From Podarcis liolepis (Eukaryota), in assembly GCA_965112155.1 (NCBI GenBank), contig OZ218102.1: a stretch of 64,000 bases of DNA; one strand, written 5' to 3'. Shown piece after piece: positions 53,683 to 64,000 of this stretch. The notes beneath the pieces are model-generated. The model ran no database searches and was not told where the DNA came from. It was given only the letters and a program-made list of their open reading frames with translations. Numbering within the stretch: the first letter of the stretch is position 1; every line of letters starts with the position of its first letter. A program made the translations under genes and the position numbers.

Positions 53683-54364
53683 TATGTGCTTGCATGGTGC
53701 TGGCTGCAGCGCCCCCATGCCACAAGTGTCTCCTTGATGACCAAATGTAACAGGGAGAAAGCCCCTCCCCTTTCCGTTTGCCAGATTGCGATGATTTGTG
53801 TTACCCTTCTAGTGAGTTGCCCTCACCAGCCAGTGCTGCATGTTTCAATTTCAAAGCCTTGTAAATTTATAAAGAAAAAAGGGGGAAGAAAGAAAAATAA
53901 CACCCCTCACGTTAACCACTCAGTAAACTTCACTATATTCAAATGTCTGAACAGGTATCCAAACAAAATGGATTTTGTTTGTAAATAGTATGTTCGAATG
54001 TAGCAAGGGCAATGGTCTTTGGTCCATTGTGTAATAGAGTCTAAAACATGAGTGCTGCACAGAACACAAGAGAGGAGGATGAAGGCGGCTTGGGGACCTG
54101 ACTGGTGCCACAGGTCTGCCTTCATCTCCTGTACTGTGCTGCTGCTGCCGCCTGCTGCTCATCCTCAGTAGTTGAGAGGCAAGATCATTCCCCGAGGCAC
54201 ATGGGTCTTTGCAGAGTAGCAGTGGCAAGTGCTCCGGTGGCACTGCCTCATCTACAGCAGTTCTAAAAGTTGCTTAATTTCCCTGGAAGTCTTGAGTCAT
54301 GATTTCAGTGCTGAAGATTTTAGATTTTGTATGTTTACGTAATATTTTTGAAATTCTTTTGCAG

Positions 54365-54439
54365 TTCATGTACATCTTGGGAATTTGTTTGCTCATTGAA
54401 TTAATTGGTGGAGTTATGGCCTTAATGTTCAGGAATCAG
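54365..54439 (+). CDS. TSPAN15: TSPAN15 exon 3
   Basis: 75 nt; FMYILGICLLIELIGGVMALMFRNQ. Confidence 0.94.
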
Positions 54440-57400
54440 GTAAGAAAACTGAAATATTCAAGAAAAGGTACCTTTAAAAAAACTTCTCCCTATTTGTTAT
54501 GGAAAAATGGAACCAGTACTCATTTACCTCAAAGCAAAATTACTGATTATTATGGAAGAGTCACAGAAGATCATGTATTTGAGTAGCAAGATTGCAACAA
54601 AATCAGGGCTTGCAAACACTACTGTAAAAATAAAATTGCATTCTGGCACTCCTGATTCTGTGCCCTAAACAACTACGTAACTTACAGAAATCAAGCAAAT
54701 TTTCATAATTTCTTACTTTGTGTAATTTATTCTTCAATATTCACTCTTGCCGGCTATATAAACTCTTTTTATCCTTCTGGCTTTTCAGCAGGTGTTTTCC
54801 ACAGTTCAAAGTGTATGTTTTTACCTTAAAGGCTAAAACTATTACCATTAAAAAAAATGAAATATGAGATTCTTAGGAAGTTAGATTCAGTGCCTAATAC
54901 CACACTATATGTTCAGTAGGCTGTGAGTTTAGTTTATTTGTATGTATGTTGTTTTTCCGTAGTCGGCTGTGCCCAAAGCAACTCATTAAGTTATCAAAAA
55001 TACAACATTTGGGGAAAATCCAGTTTGTAACCAAATATCAATGTCAGTGAATTCAAGTAAGGCAAAAGCTTTTCAACCAGAATAGGATAAATTCAGTATT
55101 ACAAAGAAACAATTAGACTTCAACAGTTAGACTTAAACAATATGTATGAATGAAGCTAATAACACACTTCAAGTGCTGCTCTTACAGCACTCCAAGAGCC
55201 CACACTGGTCTAAATACATTTCGGAGGGGGTTGGGGGCTGCTCATCACCAGGCTAGATGGTTCACAATGGGCTCCCCTTTCTGTCTTCCAGAGGAGACTT
55301 TGACAGCAGCAAAAGGGAAGTTCCTGTTAAGGGCCAATTTGTTGAATTTTTCAGGCTTTAAAGAATCTTGCGTGTTTACTGTAGTAGGAAATGAAAGAAA
55401 GAAAGAAGATGGTCTTTACTTCCAAAAAGAAGGAAATACGTATATGATGCCTTGCCCTTCCTTCAGTATTCCTTCCTTTCAAAAGACACCCATAATTGAG
55501 TATTGGCAAAATGAACATTAACTGAAGCTAAAAGCCTGGTAGCTAATAAACTAAAGATTCTGTAACTGGTTGGCAATTCTAACATTTTGTCATAAACTGG
55601 GAATAGCTTTGAGTGTTGCCAGAATATAACTTCATAGTGCTTTAGGAAGATAAGGATCAACAAGTTGTCTTTGGCAGTCCGCTACCCCTCTGAAGCTTCC
55701 AGTCTGCCTGCTGGCTTTGCATGTGTGCAGTAGCATAAATACGATAGAATGAGACAACTTGCCTCTGTGCAGCCTGGATACGAGCACAATATATAGGCAT
55801 CAAATATCACTCAATACATTATTTCTTAGATTATGTTATGTGAAGTTTCTTTTCAGAATGGAGAAATGCAATAACATTTTCAAGATGCCAGATTACCTTG
55901 TTCGGAGATTTGCAAATCAGGCAGCGTGGTACCACTGCAGCTTCACATTGGCTCTCTGCCTGTGGTCTAACACGATACAGGACATTTAGGCTGTAATCCT
56001 GCACACACTCACCTGGGAGTAAGTCCCACTGAAGTCAGGAGGGCCTACTTTCTTCTTAGAAGACATGTATCACATTGCTCCCATGCCTTGGGAAAAGACT
56101 TGAAGCACAGTAAGTTGGTGAAAAGGTTGTATATGTTAAAATATAACAATCAGAAGAACTGTGGAATAATAGCCAAATCAAACAAATGTGAGCAGAGGAA
56201 GTTAGCTCAGGTGTTGGAGGGCAGCCTCCCTTCTTACATTCTGTGACTCCCCAGCCAAAGATTGGAATAACCATCCCTCCTTGCAAGGTGAATCATGAGC
56301 TGTAGATGTGCCTCAAGCCCCAGTGTTCAGAAGCTTTCATCCAGGCATGCAGCTCTACTCCAGCGATCACTCAGCAGCACCTCTAAAGCTTCTTGCTTTG
56401 GATGATAACTTGTGGTTGTTCCCTGCCTAAAAATGCCTCATGGTACCAGTCAACTGTTGTTTTAATTTCCTTCATCAGCCTGCACAGAATGCTTCAGAGG
56501 CGATCGGCTTCTGCTTGTTTGCGTCCACCCACTCACACACAACAGCTTGAAAATAGCTCTAAGCACTGGCAGATGGACCCCATTGACCCAGTGAGGGGCA
56601 GGAATATCATAACTGATTCTGGGGTGCGGAATATAGCTTCCCCCCAAAAAACTAAGAGAAACTGCTTGATCACGTGGGAGAACCCAACTCGAGTCTCTTC
56701 CAAAGTGAGAGGGATAGAGCAGACTTGTTAATTGGACAGCAGGTTTTTTGCAAAGAGCAAGAGCAATTCATTCTGCGTAGTGAGAACTTGGAATTTCAGC
56801 AGCAGCATCCTTAAAAGTCCACAACTATTTTAAACTTGCCTGAGCATCAGTTCCACAAGGCATGGATAAAGACTTGAGAGCCTGCCCAGGCATAGAAATT
56901 CCTACCCGCAGCACTGTAATGTCCCTTCTTAACTTGAAATAATGAGGCATACACTCATTCTGCCTAGGCCCAAAGGGTGGAGATGTAAATTACTTCCTTC
57001 CCCCAAGCTTCTCATTTTACAGGTAGGTTTCGGTCAGCCTGTTCCAAGTGCTAGTAAGCAATTCTGAGCCATTAGTGTTTTGGAGAAGCGTGGAGCTTGG
57101 TGTTTCCTCTTGCAGCACAAGCTGGCCTGACAAGCCTGTTTTGTCTCTAAAGTTGACGTACAAGTCCTCTGATTTGCAAAGGCTTGTCTACCTTGAATGT
57201 CTAACTCAGGGAAACTGATTGCTTGCTAATAAAAGTGAAATGAATAAAAGTTTGAGATAATAGGGACCCCCTCACACACATAATAAATTTTCAGTTATGA
57301 TGTTGTACCTTCAGATGCCTTTCCTCAAAGTAGTATTTCTGTAGTGTGAATATTGCATTTTCCTACCATTCAAACTGAATATTGTATCTGTTTGAAAAAG

Positions 57401-58974
57401 AATGGTGCACCAATGCAGACAGGATTCAGCCTGAGCAGATAGAGATCTTGGGCCTCGCAAGTTGATTTTTTTTTTTTTTTGGAAGAACTTGGCCATTACG
57501 GGATGTATCCTGCTATTAGAATGATACTCATGTGGGAGATAGGTATTTTCTGGTTTGTTTTAAAGAACCATTTTATATTCCAGCATTAGATGTTGGGGAC
57601 AACGGTGCTGATTTGGGCCCCACACTGTGGGTGCCCAGCATGACTTGCCCCCTGCCCACACTGTGACATTATGATGCACATGCCATGACATCATGATGCA
57701 CGCTGTGGTGTCATGACGTCATAGCGCGGGGGAGGACACAAGCTCCAGCTGCACAGCAACTGGACCCCTCCTGCCAGAACTCACTCACTCACTCTCTCTC
57801 TCCAACTCCACGCTCTCTCTTCCACCCCATGCTTGATCTCCCTGCTCTTTCTCCCACCCACCCTGCCTGAACTCTGTGCTCTCTTCCACCCCAACTCTAC
57901 ACTCTTTCACCCCCTAACTCAACACTCTCTCTTCCCCTCCTGCCCGAACACCACACTTTCTCTCCCACCCCCCGTCTGAACTCGGTGCTCTTTCCATGCG
58001 GTGTGGAGTCTGCGTGCCAGCTCCTGCATTTTGCGGGTGCCCAGCCCCTATATGGGAAATTTTCTGAGTGCTTGGGCACGCAGGACCCCGGGGAGATAGT
58101 GCCTATGATAGGGGCGTATGCAATCTTCAAATAATTTTTTGTGTGTGGACAAATTGGAGTAGAGGAGAGCTTGCTGGTACCCACCACTTGTTGAAGGGAG
58201 AGATTACAATCTCCAGGTTGGAATGGTATAGTGGGAGAGTTTTTATCTTCTAAAGCAGTAAAAATAAAGAAAAAAATCCAAATGCTACAAAATTGACATT
58301 GGAAGGATGTATTATTTGTTACTTATGATACATCGCAGGCATTGTCCAACAGTTAATAACCATATTCCACGCAGCAATGTAAATGACAGGAAAAATCACA
58401 TTTTCCTATTGGCAAAATACTCCCGTTGGTATGCTGGGAAAATGCAAAAATCCTTTAACAAAGCCACTTTTTCATTAAGTTAGTTCTGTGGATCCTACAT
58501 AGTGGTCTAAGTAAGATATTTCACATTTATTGCATGAAAACAACTATTAAACCATAAGCAAACATTTGCAGGAGTAGGTTCTTGTTTTCCTACAATTTTA
58601 TATATTGACAGAGCCTAATACCAGACTAGTTCTTGCATATTGCTTATTTTTAGGGCTGTCAATCAGTTACACATTCTTGACCCATAATCTGCCTTTGATT
58701 CTTACATTAAATTGTAGATATCATCATCATCATCTTTCTAAGATACCAAAGGAAGTGTGAGAACTTACAGCATGTTAAAAATTTCTCTTTCATTTCCTTT
58801 TCTAGCAGCTTATCAGAACTAAGAGTCTAAAAAGCATTACAATCATTCTCAGCCCCACTGCTGAATAGACTTGTTAAAACTTGTTGCCGGTTATAGATGG
58901 TATGAGTGCATGCTTATACTTTTTTCTTTTCAAATTATGTGTGCTTGATCTTATTTAGTTGTTTTTCCCTTTAG

Positions 58975-59091
<117 letters not shown>

Positions 59092-60339
59092 TAATCAAAC
59101 AGTAGTAGGCTATTCATTGATCCCATGTGCTACAATATAGCAGTAGCTTCCAGCTATTTGCTGTTCAGGTGGATGTGTTGGGGTGCTCAATGCTGGGGTG
59201 GCTTCCTTGCTGACAGTGGACCCCCCCCCACTGGTGGAGGCTGGCAGAGCTGGGCAGGGGCATCTCTCCATTCAGACCCCTCCATCATGGTGAGCTGGGG
59301 GTTTGGATGGCTCTGTTAATTGCTTACAATTTATATGATTTAGTTTCCATACAAACATTTTTCAGGCACTAAGGTGTTTGTCGGAACTTGAAACCCTTGC
59401 TGAGGGAAATAGGCCATTGAGAGTTAGAAATTGTTTTGAACCACGGCTGTGTCTTATGCCATAGCATGCTTAATTGACTCATTGGTTTGTGTTGAAATAC
59501 TTACTGGGTTGCTTTTGCCTTGAGCTACAGAGATGTTAAATGAAACGGAAAAGTTGGATATTTTTTAACATACAGAGAACAGCATGTGTATAGATATATA
59601 GATGAAAACTCCCAACATTTAAAAGACAACTTTGACTTTATGGTGAAGATTTTGGACACAAGCCAGAAGAGAGTTTCTTTTGGGCAAACTAAATTGAAAT
59701 GAAGGGAAGTGTGCATAAACATAAATGCTCATTTCAATGAGGCTTGCTCAGAAGACCAACGTGGTGAATTGTGTTCCTTATAAGATATTTTTTAAAGGGG
59801 ACAGCCTTCTTTTAAAAAAAGGTCAGGAACAAATTGTTTTAGGCGTGTACTAATTCATAGCTTTCCAAGTCGCCCTTTTGTTAAATGTATACACAAAGTT
59901 TTAGAGTTCTCGTAAGTAACTGGTTTATCCTTGTTTCGGTCCCTGCCAATGAGATGTTTAGTTAATGCGTTAATGATTGATCAACAGTGTTTAGTTTTCT
60001 AGTTCTTGTTTTATAAATGAAATTACATTAGCTATTCTCTTTTACTCTGTAATGATACTCATAAAATCTGGGACGATTCTGTGGTGCGTAGTCAAAGCTG
60101 AGAAAATTTTGATGCGGCAAATAGAAACTGAAGGTCACAAATGATGCAAAGGAAAGTTTAATCAATCATTTTATGATGCTTATTGTAAATAGCGCATCAC
60201 AATCCAAATGTTTTTTGAGTTTGACCTTCAGGAGTGTAGTCATCAGCAGATCTCTGCTTTTGGCTGTGGCTGTTTTGCCTGAAGGAAGATGCTACGTTCA
60301 AAATGTATGGGGATTTCATGATATTTTAGCCATTAAATT

Positions 60340-60341
<2 letters not shown>

Positions 60342-60378
<37 letters not shown>
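60342..60378. repeat. (AC)n microsatellite
   Basis: Seen directly. Confidence 0.9.
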
Positions 60379-60380
<2 letters not shown>

Positions 60381-60881
60381 TAAATTACGCAGTATTCAGA
60401 ACTTTGGCTAGATAGCTCCTGCCCTTTTTGTTCCTATTTCAACCCTACACATTCATTGCTTTAGTGTTTTTCTTTCCTTTTTTGCAGTCAGACTAGACAT
60501 CATACAGCATAAATTTAAAGCAACATATTGGTCAGCCTTTCCCAACTTGGTGTCTTCTGGATGTTTTGGACTATTAACTTACATCAGGTCCAGCCAGGGC
60601 ACCAGGTTGGGGAAGGCTCCCTTATACCTATAATTTGGGGTTCTAAAATGAATAGGGATTGCTTTGGAATCTGGTAGGATCAGGCCTTGAGACTTCCTCA
60701 CAGAGTTCTTTACAGGCTCTTCTTGCCCCAGAATAGAGCTGCAAACAATATACATTTTGGTGGTTTTGTGTTCCATATGTTTAAATTGGTGATTTGTAAA
60801 TAATGTTAGGCACCTCCACACATGCCTATAATAATAATAATAACAACAACGAGAAATTAGGACATGAAGCCTCTATAATAA

Positions 60882-61157
<276 letters not shown>

Positions 61158-64000
61158 TAATTTTTTTTTCTATGAAAGAAAATCAGTCTGGCAAGCTAAA
61201 ATTGCCACCAAGAATGGAGATCTGTACACGGAAGGGTTCGTTATGTGATTCGTCTTGCTTGATATGATCTGTGCACACTTAGACTATGTGTAACAAATGG
61301 TAAGCAAGTGTACATTTTCCACACAAAAGCAGATCACCCAGAAACAACCTTGGTAAGGATAACAGGCTCTTTCAGTTCAATTTCACAAAAGGAAAAGTTC
61401 TAGGAATCCTTTTTAAAATAAATTGGTTTATTTGTGTTGGTTTTCTACAGATATTTTAAGTACTGGATTCCCCTCCCCCCCTAATATTTTTTGAAGCAAA
61501 TGAAGAATTATATCCGTTTTCTTCTAGGCTGTTTGTGGAATTAAAGATTAATTATACCATGTCACCTTTTCCTGACCAATTAAAAATAACCATTAAGAAA
61601 TGTTTCCAAAGAAAGCCTAGTAATAACATCATATCAGTATGATAGAATAAAAAGCTCAACAACATTTGAATGAATTAAAAATTGACGCTCCATTGAGATT
61701 TTGTGACAGAGAGGGTGATAATAGAACGTTGTTTAGCAAAATATTTTTGCATCTCTTTTTTCATTATTACCAAATGAAACCAGTAATGTTCCTATAAATA
61801 GTATTGCCCTTTTTAGGTTATAAGAGAACATGTTACCGTGTATATCACAGAACAGTCCTTGAAATCTTGCAGCACCGTCTTGTTAACACTCATTTGTCTG
61901 GAGGATGCCACACCGGCAGTCTTTAAAAAATAAATCAAGATGAATAAATCTTAGCCGCTTGACATGTTTCCAAAACCAACTTGGCTTTTGCACTGGAAAT
62001 GTACAGATGTGAGCAATAATTAGTCATTTACTCTCTGGTCATGGAAAAGTACTGTTAATATGTGAGGGCAGCGTCTCTATCTTTGGACAAATTTCATGCA
62101 GTACATAAGATTCAGATACTGATACCCAGATGTAAGTGGCTTCCTATGACAGCCAAGCTTGGGGGCAGCCCACAAATTTGCTTGCCAAGGAACATTTTTG
62201 GGTCCAAGCGTGTTTATGTTCTGCCATCTCTGGCATGGTACTGCTCATAGAGCCTAGGAGGGGGTGCCTGGGCACAGTCTGCTCAATTTCTCCTTCCACC
62301 GGCTATCAGAGCTTGACAGGACTAACTCCCACCTGATGGGAAGGCAGGATTAGGAATGACCTGACTCAGTCCAGTGGCCTCCTCCCACATCTTAGCAGAA
62401 CAGAGCCAAGGATCTTAAAATGAAAAGTTGGCAGCCCTATGTGCTACTCCCATATCCTGTAATTGCTTAGAGTGATTCTGCAGACGGACTGACCCTGATT
62501 AAAGAGTCTTACCATTGCCAGAATGGCAGAGGCTGTTTTGCTGCCCTGCGAATGAACAGGCATAACTTTCCCTCCAACCCTCTTGCCTAGTTTTGCAGGT
62601 GTTCAGTGTGGTAGATCCTGAAAGGAGGAGATCTGCCTGTGGAAGATCCTAGCTGGCTAGCAGCTTTGATGTCCAAACTCTAGAGCAGTTTTATGGCTTC
62701 CTTTGAAATTTGTGATTATTATTATTTTTGCTTTAGGAGGCAAGTTAAATATACTTTATACGTGTGTGTGTTTGTGTGTTGCCACTTTGAACAAACCCCA
62801 AAAGGGTGGCAACCCACTTGACTCATGATGGGAAAGACAAGAATTGGTGGTACACAGTATTCAGCTGTGTTCTGTGTACATTTGCAGTACTAGTGGAAAT
62901 TGTACTGGCTGGGCATGAGCTGGGCTCAGCTGCAGTTGAAGAACAGACACTTCTGTTTGCGTGGAACATCTGTCACGACGCTCAGTCTCACGCCTGGAGG
63001 ATGCTTTAGAGCAGTGTCCCTAGGGCAGCACCATCTTCAGAAAGATGACAGCCACCAAGAGTCACTGCTGAAGGAAGCCTGTATGTGGCATCATTCCCAG
63101 TGTTAGGACATAGTACCTAGGAAGCCACCTTCTACTGAGTCAGGCCATATATATATGTTTATCTAGCTAAATGCTGCCTGGCAATGTTTCCAGGGTTTCT
63201 GACAGGAGGCTTTCCTCGCCCTTCCTGAAGATCTTGGGGATTAAGGCTGGGACCTTCTGGGACAAAGCACAAACTCCATCACTGAGCTGCAATCTTTGTT
63301 GCTGAGAAAGCACTTTCTCCACTGCCACTCCTGCCGTCAAGGAAGCATCTGAGGCAGCCTATTTTGTTGCCCTTAAAATGCACCTCATATTTGCTACCTA
63401 TAAAACAAAAGGTGCTTTTTCTTCCACTATGCTCAGTAACATGCAAATGTAACTGTTTGCACTCTGAAGTGGCTTGGCAAAGCTGGAGATCTTTTAAAAA
63501 AAATACAACTACCTATAACTTAAATCATGACTAGTTTTATTCAAAGGTTTTCAACTTTGGCATTGCCAGTTGGTTTAGATGATAGAAAAACAATTTAACG
63601 ATTCCTGACATAGCTTCTGATGACTTTCTCTCTTTATTGGAGGTCCTTCATCTTGCTTATTGACCCTTTGCAGGTTTCTGGAGCATCCCAGGACACACCT
63701 CACAAGTAGTCAGTGCATTTATGTGTTATGTATTGTGAATAGTAACTAAGGGCACAAGGTGCTGGGAACTTCTCTGTAAGCCACACTGAAATATGCCTCA
63801 CATGTGACTAATTTCTATTCCGATACCACCTTTTCAATGGAAGAAGTGAATTCCATGCAGACTGTGTTTAGAGAGCTAAACTTGACAACTGCACACACCC
63901 ACGTTTCGTTGCAAGTATAGGCACTTGGAAAGTACAATTGCTGTGCACATAAAACTTCCTATAGGAGAATATAGGATGTTGTTCAGCAGAGATGACTGGA

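Overview
Vertebrate genomic DNA, most likely from a squamate (lizard), judging by Sauria-SINE-like and other squamate-type repeats. It holds three spliced genes in the order seen in other amniotes. HK1 (+): coding exons 2-18 at 4021-25697; exon 1 lies upstream of the window; the exons sum to 2691 nt, which with a 63-nt exon 1 gives the canonical 917 aa. TACR2/NK2 receptor (-): 5 coding exons at 41499-30135, 380 aa. TSPAN15 (+): exons 1-5 at 46564-61091, continuing past the window, with a CpG-island promoter. All introns are GT-AG. Introns and intergenic DNA contain SINEs, TA-flanked Tc1/mariner-type MITEs, a solo LTR and LINE fragments; family names come from recalled consensus sequences, not a database search. 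I see no convincing new protein-coding system. The strongest leads are: (i) a young, TSD-flanked 75-bp hairpin insertion at 42811-43032 whose arms each match a minimal Penelope-type hammerhead ribozyme; (ii) an intact TACR2 with unusual changes at GPCR motifs (NPxxY to SPIIY, DRY to ERY, FQN to FLN); (iii) an inverted duplication and candidate enhancers in HK1 introns; (iv) an RTE fragment with a 5' inversion, and nested or head-swapped SINEs.
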